Sequence record: OM313460
Direction: 5' to 3' (one strand)
Length of the DNA: 52,782 nucleotides
Source: Escherichia phage vB_EcoM_IntR
In this document: piece by piece, positions 37,542 through 46,304 of the stretch
How the letters are laid out: every line of letters starts with the position of its first letter
How positions within the stretch are numbered: position 1 is the stretch's first letter
Program-made: the position numbers and the translations under genes
Notes under the pieces: model-generated
What the model saw: only the letters and a program-made list of their open reading frames with translations
Database searches by the model: none
What the model was told of the DNA's origin: nothing

Positions 37542-38426
37542 TTATACGGCCATTTGGAGTTTGATGTTTGGCATTGGTTTGTACTTCTCAACCATTGGCG
37601 TAACATCGGCAGGAGTGAAGTCAAACACTGACACGTCACAAATTGCATTAATGTCAGGACGACCTTCAAAGTTAGTGTCCAGTGTAGTATCAGAATTGCT
37701 TACGATACGTTGCAGGAAAATCTTTGCCGCATCGATATGATTCTGATAGATGTGATAATCACCCAGCGTAACAGTCATATCCCCTACACCAACACCCAGC
37801 TCAGCAGCAATGGTAATCTGCAACATCTGATGCAGCAGAATGTCATGAGGCAGGCCCAGAATAACATCCGCGCTACGCATATGGAACATCAGCTCTAATT
37901 CATTACGGTTGTTAATGAACAGCTGAAAACCATGGTAACAAGGCGGAAGGGCCATGGCGTCCATCTCTTGTGGGTTCCATGCCGTAACGTAAGCCCGGCG
38001 GTCGGTAGGTTTAACCTTCAGCGTTTCAATAACATCTTTAAGCTGGTTAGTGAGAACACCATTCTTATAGAATGGCTTAATCCACTGCACGCCGTACACA
38101 GGACCTAAGTCACGGTTGTCTGGTGTACCCCAACGTTTGTTTGCATCCTGCAGATTACCTTCCCACCAGTTGCAGCCAAAACCTTTGAGCGTATCGACAT
38201 TTGAAATGCCGTTGATAAAGCAATAAAGCTCAGCAGCAACAGCCTTGATGTTAACTGGTTTAAATACCGGTACCATCAGTTTGTTGTCCTTGAAAGCCAG
38301 CTTAAACGCTGTACCAAAACAACGGCGTGTACCAACACCTGTACGGTCTTCGACATCTTCACCCTTACGCAGGATAAACGAAATGATGTCGCTGTAAAGA
38401 GAATCGACAGTGCTGTATGTTTTCAT
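37542..38426 (-). CDS. ThyA-family pyrimidine C5-modifying enzyme, predicted dCMP-specific (hydroxymethylase or methyltransferase)
   Basis: DRTGVGT, DLGPVYGVQW, MALPPCYHGFQ (catalytic Cys), RSADVILGLPHD; Asp replaces the Asn177-equivalent and Tyr replaces His147; AAGGAA RBS. Confidence 0.75.
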   Translation of the reverse strand: MKTYSTVDSLYSDIISFILRKGEDVEDRTGVGTRRCFGTAFKLAFKDNKLMVPVFKPVNIKAVAAELYCFINGISNVDTLKGFGCNWWEGNLQDANKRWGTPDNRDLGPVYGVQWIKPFYKNGVLTNQLKDVIETLKVKPTDRRAYVTAWNPQEMDAMALPPCYHGFQLFINNRNELELMFHMRSADVILGLPHDILLHQMLQITIAAELGVGVGDMTVTLGDYHIYQNHIDAAKIFLQRIVSNSDTTLDTNFEGRPDINAICDVSVFDFTPADVTPMVEKYKPMPNIKLQMAV

Positions 38427-39019
38427 TAAAACAGTTCCTTTTGGGCCGGGTTAACGTGTGCGTCGATGATTGCCTGAATGTCAGGTGCTTTCCATCCTTC
38501 AGGCTTAACAATATCCTGACCAGACTTATGCTTACTGTTGCTTGCATCAGGCTTAGCGCGTTCTTTCGCCATGTTAGCAGCCTGTACCGCATCCCATGCA
38601 TCATCAAGTGGCCAGTTGTTGTTTGCACACCAGGTAATCAGGTGGATAATTAACTGTGCCAGACGGTCGCAATGAGTGTCTTCAGTATCCTTAACGTATA
38701 CGATAAGACCTTCAGCATCAAAGCGGTCCATAAATCCGCATGGCGTAGTCAATAGAATCGGATACTCAAATTCGTTGGTGAACCATGCTGTCTGGTCATA
38801 CAGGTATAACGTACCTGCAGCAATATAGATTAAGTCTACAATACCGTCTAAGAATCCAGCTTTATCGCCTTCTTTCTTAGCTTGCTTAATTTCATCCATC
38901 TCCTCAATAAGACGGTCATAACGAAGTTTGAACTCTGGCTTGCCGCCTTGACTAATCGGCTTGAGGTCAAACTTCTCGTGGAAAGCTGTAACACCTGCAG
39001 CAATTTTACTGAATCGCAT
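38426..39019 (-). CDS. MazG-like NTP pyrophosphohydrolase (candidate dCTPase/dUTPase)
   Basis: LIEEMDEI (EExxE-like) and LDGIVDLIYIAAG blocks; AAGGAG RBS; stop overlaps the ThyA-family start. Confidence 0.5.
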   Translation of the reverse strand: MRFSKIAAGVTAFHEKFDLKPISQGGKPEFKLRYDRLIEEMDEIKQAKKEGDKAGFLDGIVDLIYIAAGTLYLYDQTAWFTNEFEYPILLTTPCGFMDRFDAEGLIVYVKDTEDTHCDRLAQLIIHLITWCANNNWPLDDAWDAVQAANMAKERAKPDASNSKHKSGQDIVKPEGWKAPDIQAIIDAHVNPAQKELF

Positions 39020-39404
39020 TTCTTAACTCCTTACAAACAGTTTCGATAAACTTACGTTTTGTTTCAGTAGACCAGATTATATGTCGGGCCTTCTCTAATA
39101 CGTCCCAGCGGTCTTTACCCACAGGAAAGGGAACAATGAAGAGGCCGGTGCGAGATATACGCTTGATAAACGGGAACTTGCAACGCATGGTTGTTTCAAA
39201 TTTGATAAAGTTATTTTGCGCTTCGCGTGTAAATTTAACCTTATCAAATTCATGCTCGAGTGTTTGAGCAAGGTTGCATACCTCATGGAAAGAGGATGCA
39301 GGCAGGTAGTCTTCACGACCGACAGTGTTTACGTAGTCGATTTGACCTTCAAGACGAAGTATCCAAATTCTATAATAAGCTTCAGCGACACGTTGTAGAT
39401 TCAT
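39006..39404 (-). CDS. hypothetical protein
   Basis: 132-aa ORF with GAGGAGAG RBS, first gene downstream of the 39431-39459 promoter. Confidence 0.5.
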   Translation of the reverse strand: MNLQRVAEAYYRIWILRLEGQIDYVNTVGREDYLPASSFHEVCNLAQTLEHEFDKVKFTREAQNNFIKFETTMRCKFPFIKRISRTGLFIVPFPVGKDRWDVLEKARHIIWSTETKRKFIETVCKELRNAIQ

Positions 39405-39430
39405 TGTATCTCTCCTCTAAAAGATAACTT

Positions 39431-39459
39431 ATTATACCACATCACTCTCTAGTGGTAAA
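39431..39459 (-). promoter_or_regulatory. sigma70-type promoter on the minus strand (TTTACC-N17-TATAAT)
   Basis: Reverse complement of 39431-39459 reads TTTACC-17 nt-TATAAT. Confidence 0.55.
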
Positions 39460-39474
39460 GCACTTTTTATGCTT

Positions 39475-39509
39475 CGGGTAAAATAAAAAGGACCAGCGTT
39501 AACTGGTCC
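39475..39509 (-). terminator. rho-independent terminator (minus strand)
   Basis: GGACCAG-CGTTAA-CTGGTCC hairpin followed on the minus strand by TTTTTATTTT. Confidence 0.7.
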
Positions 39510-39741
39510 TTATGGCAGGGTGGCGTAAGGAGATACAAGGAATCGCAGTTATGCAACCAGGCAGCGCATATGAGATTGGCTTAAGGACTGACCGACTTAA
39601 TCCCCGCGACGAGTCGAAAGGAGGTACCATCAAGTAGCCAATCACATATGCGTTACTTGCTGTGTGCTCTTACCACAGAAAGTATATAGCGTTACACTTA
39701 TCACACAGTTGTAGTGGCAAAAGCACACAGCAAGTACAACC

Positions 39742-39828
39742 TTAGTTGTGGTGTCTTAGCACCTGAGTTATTGTGGATAACCTGCACCCGACGGGTGTCA
39801 AAAAGATACGCCAAAACACCACAACTAA
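39742..39828. repeat. 13-bp perfect inverted repeat pair flanking a DnaA-box-like 9-mer
   Basis: TTAGTTGTGGTGT at 39742-39754 and ACACCACAACTAA at 39816-39828; TGTGGATAA (reverse complement TTATCCACA) at 39772-39780; palindrome CACCCGACGGGTG at 39785-39797. Confidence 0.5.
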
Positions 39829-40079
39829 AATTGTGACCGCCGTCTACACCAGGCGCCTGGGGTCAAGGTAGCGAGCCAATACCCTTTTCAGCGTCGGAGG
39901 AATCGAACCTCACACATCACGGCTTTTACCAAATCTCGGTCAGCGAGCAGAATTGAACTGCATTCACTGGACACCCTCACTGTTTCAACACACCAGGCTT
40001 AATTGATTGTTGATAAGAAGAGAGATGTAAGGATGTCCATTGAATGCACCTCCGTAGAGGTGCGTTCAGATCAGCGCTA

Positions 40080-40547
40080 TTATTCAGCAACTTCTTCGTT
40101 GTCGCCTTCGATCGCGCCAGCCAGTTTAGCAGCTTCAGCTTTAGCAGCTTCTGCTTTCTGGCGAGCTTTTTCAGCTTTCTCTTCAGCTTTGCGAATCTGC
40201 TCAGCAGCTTTCGCTTCGGCTTTTTCAGCTTTGATGCGAGCACGCTCTTCAGCTTTACGCTGTTTTTCAGCAGCTTTAGCAGCATCGCGTTCTGCTTTAG
40301 CGGTATCAACGCGCTTAGCCAGAACTTTACCAGTGGCTTTACGCCAGTAGGTCAGCTGGGAAGAAACAGTACCACGGGACATTTCGGTAGTGGCAACAAC
40401 TTCGTCCATAACATCGGAGCTGGACTTGCCTTCTTCATGGGCTTTATCAGCCAGGTCCCATACGTAACGTGCGCCAGTACCAGCTGCCGGATACAGTACG
40501 CCGTTAACTTCTTCTTTACCAGTTACAAAAGTCAGTTTCTCGCTCAT
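40080..40547 (-). CDS. hypothetical protein with C-terminal Lys/Ala/Glu-rich single-helix repeat
   Basis: ATG at 40545-40547 with GAGGAAAA RBS; C-terminus KAEKAEAKAAEQIRKAEEKAEKARQKAEAAKAEAAK; overlapping + strand ORFs are low-complexity mirror frames. Confidence 0.5.
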   Translation of the reverse strand: MSEKLTFVTGKEEVNGVLYPAAGTGARYVWDLADKAHEEGKSSSDVMDEVVATTEMSRGTVSSQLTYWRKATGKVLAKRVDTAKAERDAAKAAEKQRKAEERARIKAEKAEAKAAEQIRKAEEKAEKARQKAEAAKAEAAKLAGAIEGDNEEVAE

Positions 40548-40653
40548 AATTTTTTCCTCGTCTACAGGGCTTAATGTTTGTTCGTTACGTGAGTTAATAT
40601 ACGTCATTTAAAAGAGAGTGTAAACACCTTTTTTAAACTTTTTTCATTAGTGT

Positions 40654-40881
40654 TTAGAAAGGCACATCATAGTCAAAAAGTTTACATCCGGAAGACAGGA
40701 CTGCCGGCGGTGGTGTTTTGCCTCCGGATAATAGACAACCTCCTGCCTGAAAGCTACGGCAGTTCGCACAGCTCATATCCTGCAGGTATATAATAAGCTG
40801 CCGGCGAACGTGCCGAGGCAAAGCTTTAGCCTGGGTTGCTACCCGTTCAAATAGTTCTCTGTTATCGAGCGCCATAGCCAT
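40654..40881 (-). CDS. hypothetical Cys-containing small protein
   Basis: 75-aa ORF overlapping the helicase 3' end by 20 nt. Confidence 0.3.
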   Translation of the reverse strand: MAMALDNRELFERVATQAKALPRHVRRQLIIYLQDMSCANCRSFQAGGCLLSGGKTPPPAVLSSGCKLFDYDVPF

Positions 40882-42532
40882 TTCCCCAGTCGTAGTTCAT
40901 GATTTGTGGGTAGGGCCGTTTAATCCATACCTTAATACGCTTAGGAATGGCCAGCTCACCCTTACGGCGGATAAACTCGTCGCATGTTTCAGGCGGTTCG
41001 GTTCCTGCAGCATTACGCCACCAGGCATCTGCCATTTGTTTAGCATTACCATGGGCCTCAATATTTACCCAAGTTGTGTACACTTCCAGGTTTGAGTAGT
41101 ACACAACCTTTATACTGTCAGGTCGTCCTTGCTTCTGGAATAAAGAATAGTTTACCAGCGTAACATCTTTATCCACAACACGAAGCTGGCCATTAGTCAT
41201 TACTTCTTCTTCTGACGAAGTGAATGCAATAGCAGGTCCGTTAACTGTAAATTCAAATTCATGTCCGCACATCGGATATACACCATTCTCATCTGGCGTA
41301 CTTCCTTTAGCCGGATGCTTACACGTACGGGCGGCATAACCACTTACCTGGTGGCAGATAGGGCACTCTTTACCGCCAGGTGTTTTCTCTGACCGTTTCT
41401 TTTTCTTCTTACCAAGACGTGGCGGAACAGCCGGGTCATCAATAGGCCCAAGGTCAATGGTGTTAGATGTAAAGTCCATGACAAGACAGTCATGCTTACC
41501 AGGCGCTGTACGTAACCCTCGACCGAGTATCTGCACCCACAAAGCAACAGACGTGGACGGGCGCAAGATGCCGAGCATATCAATCTCAGGATAGTCAAAT
41601 CCTGTTGTCAATACGTTTACGTTTACACAGACCCGTGCTCGTCCGCTTGTAAACTCTTCCAGCGCCGTTTCACGTTCTTTCTTTGTAAGACCGCCATGCA
41701 CAACTACAGTCTGCCACCCTCGCAGATTAAATTCGTCTGCTATGTTGTGGGCGTGTTCAACACTTGTGGCGAATACAAGAACGTGGTTCCTGTCTTTACC
41801 GTAGTGCATCATCTCGCGGATGGCTGCAACTGTTATGCTGTGTTGGTTGGCTACCTTCTCAAGCTCTGACGGTATATAATCACCCATCCTTTCGCCAACA
41901 TTACTGGTGTCAATCTTGGTTAACACTTTCTTGTTGACCAGGCGTGACAGGAAGCCTTCATTTACCAGTCTGGTGAATGCGTCAGGTGTTGTAAGGTCAT
42001 AGCAGATGTCGGTAAATATACCGCAGTCAAGTAAGTGACCACCCGCCAGTCGATACGGAGTTGCTGTAAGGCCTGTTACCTTTACCTTAGGATTAAGCTC
42101 TTTGAAATGAGCAATAACCTTACGGTATGTTGTTTCAGACTTCTCAGGAACAAGATGGGCTTCGTCAATGAATATAAGATTGAACTTACCTGCTTCTTCC
42201 AGGTTCTTAATAATCGACTGTACTGACGCTACAACGATACGACCTGAAAAGTCTTTGTGTCCTGCGCCTGAAGAGTAGATTGATACTGGTGCTTGCGGCC
42301 AGTGGCGAACAATCGCTTTGGCGTCTTGTTCTACCAGCTCCTTGACGTGTGTCAATATAAGAATACGCTGACGTGGATAGCTGGTAAGAATATCCTTCAT
42401 CAACATACCAAGCACAGGTGATTTACCTGAACCTGTAGGCATGACAATAAGTGGATTACCACTATAAGAATTGAAGTACGACCACCAAGCTGTGACCGCT
42501 TCTTTTTGATACCAGCGAGCTTCAAAAGCCAT
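40862..42532 (-). CDS. SF2 DNA helicase (DEAH-type)
   Basis: Motif I MPTGSGKS, motif II FIDEAH, motif III TATP, motif VI QILGRGLR; C-terminal Cys cluster CPICH...C. Confidence 0.8.
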   Translation of the reverse strand: MAFEARWYQKEAVTAWWSYFNSYSGNPLIVMPTGSGKSPVLGMLMKDILTSYPRQRILILTHVKELVEQDAKAIVRHWPQAPVSIYSSGAGHKDFSGRIVVASVQSIIKNLEEAGKFNLIFIDEAHLVPEKSETTYRKVIAHFKELNPKVKVTGLTATPYRLAGGHLLDCGIFTDICYDLTTPDAFTRLVNEGFLSRLVNKKVLTKIDTSNVGERMGDYIPSELEKVANQHSITVAAIREMMHYGKDRNHVLVFATSVEHAHNIADEFNLRGWQTVVVHGGLTKKERETALEEFTSGRARVCVNVNVLTTGFDYPEIDMLGILRPSTSVALWVQILGRGLRTAPGKHDCLVMDFTSNTIDLGPIDDPAVPPRLGKKKKKRSEKTPGGKECPICHQVSGYAARTCKHPAKGSTPDENGVYPMCGHEFEFTVNGPAIAFTSSEEEVMTNGQLRVVDKDVTLVNYSLFQKQGRPDSIKVVYYSNLEVYTTWVNIEAHGNAKQMADAWWRNAAGTEPPETCDEFIRRKGELAIPKRIKVWIKRPYPQIMNYDWGNGYGAR

Positions 42533-42590
42533 TTAACGTCTCCTCATTAACTTCATATATTATACCACTTCCTTGTGGTGATGTATACTT

Positions 42591-43469
42591 TTATTTTAAG
42601 GAAAGTTTAACGGGCTTCTCATCCTGTGGGAAGACATCAGCAGGGCGATACTCATCGCAAGCCGCTAATTGCTCTTCGATTGTTTCGAGTTCTTTCTGGT
42701 GCTTGTTGCAGTACCACACTTTGCCCTGAAGCGGTTTACTGTAATGGCAGGTTCTGCAGTTCCTGTCTGGCATTGCTCCTTTGTGGCACAAGTGATGGTA
42801 TTCGCACATCCCTGGTTTGCACTCCCACCAAATAGGCGATTCAGAAATCTTCGGCATATCCAAACCAGATTCCGCATATACAACAGCCTCCGCTTTACTC
42901 AGTTGTATGTCGCTTTCCAGTAAGTCAATCTCGACCACTTCAAAATACATCTCGTCAGTGTTCTTGTTGATTGCAATATACACAGCTTGATTCAGCTTAA
43001 GCTTCCGCATGTACACCTGCATCTGGGCGTAGTGTACCGGCTTACTTGCTTTAACAGACTTGAGCTTGACTAACTCTTTAAACGACTTATCGCCATGCGT
43101 CTTGAATTCAGCAAGTGCCCATACGCCTTTGTATTTAATTACACAGTCACAAGACCCAGAGAAGATGTCATTGAAGTCGTGTATGCGCCATTGCTTACCA
43201 GTCTTGGGATTGACGTCCAGCACTTCGTCACATACGGAACGAAGCCACTTTACAATTCTGCTTTCTTCAAGGTTACCACGTTCAAACAGACGAAGTTGCT
43301 TAGCTGTAAACTTCTCCTTGAACGACCAGTGCAGAACGTGCCAAAGATAGCGATAGCAGTTGTGTCCTATCTGCGATGCTCCAAGATGCCCGCGTCGTTC
43401 TTCTCTTTCATGGGCTTCGACTATCTTGATGTCAATACGTTTCTGCAGGTCGTTAAACGGACTGGGCAT
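42591..43469 (-). CDS. RecB-family (Cas4-like) PD-(D/E)XK exonuclease with Cys cluster
   Basis: ATG at 43467-43469 with GAGGAG RBS; DCVIKYKGVWALAEFK (D...ExK), QMQVY (QhxxY), C-terminal CKPGMCEYHHLC...CRTC. Confidence 0.6.
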   Translation of the reverse strand: MPSPFNDLQKRIDIKIVEAHEREERRGHLGASQIGHNCYRYLWHVLHWSFKEKFTAKQLRLFERGNLEESRIVKWLRSVCDEVLDVNPKTGKQWRIHDFNDIFSGSCDCVIKYKGVWALAEFKTHGDKSFKELVKLKSVKASKPVHYAQMQVYMRKLKLNQAVYIAINKNTDEMYFEVVEIDLLESDIQLSKAEAVVYAESGLDMPKISESPIWWECKPGMCEYHHLCHKGAMPDRNCRTCHYSKPLQGKVWYCNKHQKELETIEEQLAACDEYRPADVFPQDEKPVKLSLK

Positions 43470-43938
43470 TGTTAAACTCCTCAACGCTGAATTCATCATA
43501 CACAATATTATGTGCCCACAAATGGGCGACGGCATTTGCCATGCTGTCCTTCCATTTGGATTGAGAAGCTGTGTGTGCCAATGCAACTACCCGAACCAGG
43601 TTAAGGTTGGCTATCAGCATATCTGCACAATGTTCGCACGGCGGGTAGGTTATGTAGATGGTAACCGGGCCTAATGAAGGAGTGTCTAACTCACTCCTTA
43701 TATTAGCTAAGGTATTTATCTCGCTATGAATAGTGAGAGCGTTCTTGAGGCTATTAGGCACTATTCTTATAGAGTCTAGCTGCGTAGGCAGACCGTTATA
43801 TCCAGTGGAAATAATACGCTTGTTCTGGTCCACAAGAACGCTACCGACTTGACGTTTCGGGTCCTTCGACCAGCTTGCAACTTCACAAGCTATGCGCATA
43901 AACCGCTTATCCCACTTGTCCATCTTCTTCTTTTGCAT
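43453..43938 (-). CDS. dCMP deaminase (cytidine/deoxycytidylate deaminase family)
   Basis: Zinc-binding HSE (HSEINTL) and PCEHC motifs; GGAGA RBS. Confidence 0.8.
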   Translation of the reverse strand: MQKKKMDKWDKRFMRIACEVASWSKDPKRQVGSVLVDQNKRIISTGYNGLPTQLDSIRIVPNSLKNALTIHSEINTLANIRSELDTPSLGPVTIYITYPPCEHCADMLIANLNLVRVVALAHTASQSKWKDSMANAVAHLWAHNIVYDEFSVEEFNNAQSV

Positions 43939-43955
43939 GGTAGTCTCCGTATATG

Positions 43956-43976
43956 AAAATAGGGGCCGAAGCCCCT
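43956..43976 (-). terminator. terminator-like hairpin (UUCG tetraloop) on the minus strand
   Basis: AGGGGC-CGAA-GCCCCT on the + strand; on the transcript a hairpin followed by AUUUUC. Confidence 0.45.
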
Positions 43977-43999
43977 ATTGAATATCTACTCGGCAGGGA

Positions 44000-44527
44000 T
44001 TATTCTTCCCAAGGAGCTGCTTCACCACCATCAGTACCAGGTGCCGTTGCAGTAGCACTCGCACCTGCACCTACTTTCTTCGTCGTCGATGCAGTTGCTT
44101 GAGACTGACCGCCTACTGCAGTAGTTGCTTCAGTTGACGCTTTGTATTCGCGAATATCGTTTTGTGGGTCGTACTCACCGGTCTTGTCGATACGAACACC
44201 AACTTTACCGGCTACAATACGGTTTTCCAGTAAGTCGGTAGAAGTCAGTTCAACAATACCCAGCGCACGACACAACGCAGACAGTTTGCGATGACCGATT
44301 TCAACAGCTTGCGCATTAGGGTTGGAGTAGGTAATCATGTCAAATACAACACGGTTAGCGAACTCACCTTCCTGCACTTTCAGACGCAGGGACAGATAAG
44401 AACCAGTGCCTGCTTTAGTCGGCTTCAGCTCAACCTCTTCAATCATGAAGTTGTACCAGCCTTTCGGGATCGGGTCAAAAGACTGTTGCGGTTCGACGGT
44501 AGAGCTGTTGAAGTTTAATTCAGCCAT
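44000..44527 (-). CDS. hypothetical protein (DUF669-like position next to the ATPase; possible ssDNA-binding role)
   Basis: 175-aa ORF with Ala/Thr/Gly-rich acidic C-terminus, directly downstream of the AAA ATPase. Confidence 0.45.
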   Translation of the reverse strand: MAELNFNSSTVEPQQSFDPIPKGWYNFMIEEVELKPTKAGTGSYLSLRLKVQEGEFANRVVFDMITYSNPNAQAVEIGHRKLSALCRALGIVELTSTDLLENRIVAGKVGVRIDKTGEYDPQNDIREYKASTEATTAVGGQSQATASTTKKVGAGASATATAPGTDGGEAAPWEE

Positions 44528-44634
44528 TGTTTGGTATCCTGTTTAAGTTTAATTTAATTTCGTTTAACGCTTTACCGGCAGCGTTCGGCCGTGATGCTTA
44601 TTATACGCCACTTTTTATCATGGCGTAAACACTT

Positions 44635-45519
44635 TTATTCGCCGGATTCTTTTTCAGCTTGAGCAGCTTTCTTCGCCATCCAGGCTAGGTGCTTCTCTTT
44701 CGATTCGTCTGAACCGATTTTAGTGAGTTGCACATTCGGGTCGTCGTTCTGCATTTGTTCTGCAGCTCGACCAGTCAGAAGCAGGTAGCTGTCTGACTCC
44801 GGGTGGTAATACCACAGCTGGTAAGGATGATAGCCTTGTAGCTTATCATAAATCCAACCCAGATCTGCAGGTTCACGTGCATCCAGTTCACGCCCTGGTG
44901 CGTTACGGCACTTAGCTTCCCATTGATAGTCAGGTTGTGTCTGAATATAACGTTCGCTGTTACCGTTGGCATCTGGTGCAGTCATACGCAAAGCAAGTAC
45001 CGCATCCATAAGATACGGCAACTGTTTAGGTAACTGCTGTCCTGGCATAAGAGGTGAGTACAGCATTGCACCAGTAACCTCGTCCTTGTTCTTCTCAAGC
45101 TTGCACAGGTATGCAACGCTGAAAGGCAAGTCACGGAACTGACGCATGATATACATCATCTTGTCGTTGGTATTACCATAAGCCTGTCGTTTGTCGTTGA
45201 CCTGCGACTTCTCATAGTCCAGACAAACTTCAGCAACATCCGATAGTGAGTCGAAAATCAGATGCTCGTACTTCTGCGCATCCTTACTTTCGGTAAGCCA
45301 TTTGTACAGCGCCAGAATGTCATTGAACGTATTGATTGGCGTAGAGTCGATGTCAGCATCTGCAATCGACATCAATCCACCTTCAGCGTTAATGACCAGA
45401 ACCTTGTCATGAGGCAAGGTCTTAGCCAGGCTGGTTTTACCAACACCTGATGCGCCGTAAATAGCGACCTTAGGTCGCTTATTTTCTACGGCTTGTTTAG
45501 TAGATACAATCTGAACCAT
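44635..45519 (-). CDS. AAA/RecA-like ATPase (Sak4-like recombination ATPase)
   Basis: Walker A GASGVGKTSLA, Walker B HLIFDSL; GAGGA RBS. Confidence 0.7.
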   Translation of the reverse strand: MVQIVSTKQAVENKRPKVAIYGASGVGKTSLAKTLPHDKVLVINAEGGLMSIADADIDSTPINTFNDILALYKWLTESKDAQKYEHLIFDSLSDVAEVCLDYEKSQVNDKRQAYGNTNDKMMYIMRQFRDLPFSVAYLCKLEKNKDEVTGAMLYSPLMPGQQLPKQLPYLMDAVLALRMTAPDANGNSERYIQTQPDYQWEAKCRNAPGRELDAREPADLGWIYDKLQGYHPYQLWYYHPESDSYLLLTGRAAEQMQNDDPNVQLTKIGSDESKEKHLAWMAKKAAQAEKESGE

Positions 45520-45749
45520 TAGTGATAGTCCTCGTAAAGTGATTCTTCATCGCAGTACATACGATAAAGAGCTTCTTCGGCTTCTTCCAGGGTGTCAAAC
45601 TCCTCGCCACAGACGGAGTATTTTGTGGGTTCATCGAATGACTCGACGATGTGCCAGTCATGATGAATACCGTACGTCCACAAGTCGCAGTCATCTTTTG
45701 CAACAAGCTTACGTGTGGAACGAAATTGTGCTAGAGTATTGATGCTCAT
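45519..45749 (-). CDS. hypothetical acidic protein
   Basis: ATG at 45747-45749 with GAGGAGAGAG RBS (ORF-track start 45788 is upstream). Confidence 0.4.
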   Translation of the reverse strand: MSINTLAQFRSTRKLVAKDDCDLWTYGIHHDWHIVESFDEPTKYSVCGEEFDTLEEAEEALYRMYCDEESLYEDYH

Positions 45750-45809
45750 ATTCTCTCTCCTCATGTGTATAGAGGTATTATACACCACTTACATGGGGTA
45801 AGTACACTA

Positions 45810-46256
45810 TTATTTTACACTAACAGCTTGACACGATAGCCGCGACAAACCGAGGTTGGCTATAACGCCATCGAGCAATACTCCTGCATGTTCTTCATTG
45901 TATGCTTCTACCCACAAAGGGATGGTGACGCCCTTCAGATGGTCGCTATACACGTTAAACCTATATACCTGTTTGTGTGCTTTGTCAACACGCACAACAG
46001 TAAGGTTACCATCCTCGTAAGGAGGAAGCTCAACGCCTTTCTTACTCCAGAAGTTACGGAACTCAGCACTATTAACAATGCCGTGTACAACACGTTCTGT
46101 AAGCTCTGTTTTGAGGTCAGCACGTGCCTTTGTACTGATAAAGAAACGACAAGAGAAGAAAGCATTGACGTTTAACACATCAACCGCGTACACAACGTTA
46201 TGCTCTTCAGCAGTTGGTGCTTTATAAACAATATATTTAGTTTTGAACAGGTCCAT
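45810..46256 (-). CDS. hypothetical protein
   Basis: 148-aa ORF, GGAGAG RBS. Confidence 0.5.
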   Translation of the reverse strand: MDLFKTKYIVYKAPTAEEHNVVYAVDVLNVNAFFSCRFFISTKARADLKTELTERVVHGIVNSAEFRNFWSKKGVELPPYEDGNLTVVRVDKAHKQVYRFNVYSDHLKGVTIPLWVEAYNEEHAGVLLDGVIANLGLSRLSCQAVSVK

Positions 46257-46279
46257 AGTACTCTCCAGGGAGGAAGATA

Positions 46280-46297
46280 GGCGGGCTTGTACCCGCC
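46280..46297 (-). promoter_or_regulatory. intergenic hairpin
   Basis: GGCGGG-CTTGTA-CCCGCC between the 46305..47210 and 45810..46256 genes. Confidence 0.4.
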
Positions 46298-46304
46298 GAA
46301 GTTA

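Noticed and set aside
39772-39780. The single perfect DnaA box as proof of a DnaA-dependent origin
   Set aside because: One 9-mer is near chance expectation for a window this size and no cluster of additional boxes was seen; kept only as part of the broader ORF-free segment finding.
39880-39985. tRNA-like T-arm motif (GGTTCGATTCC on the minus strand at 39899-39909) inside the ORF-free segment
   Set aside because: No complementary 7-bp acceptor stem or D-arm could be found at tRNA spacing, and the T-stem has only 4 bp; it needs a tRNAscan-SE run before any tRNA call.
40003-40574. Plus-strand ORFs 40003..40350 and 40044..40574
   Set aside because: They are low-complexity mirror frames of the minus-strand Lys/Ala/Glu-repeat gene (Ala/Ser/Phe-rich), with no RBS and the wrong orientation for the block.
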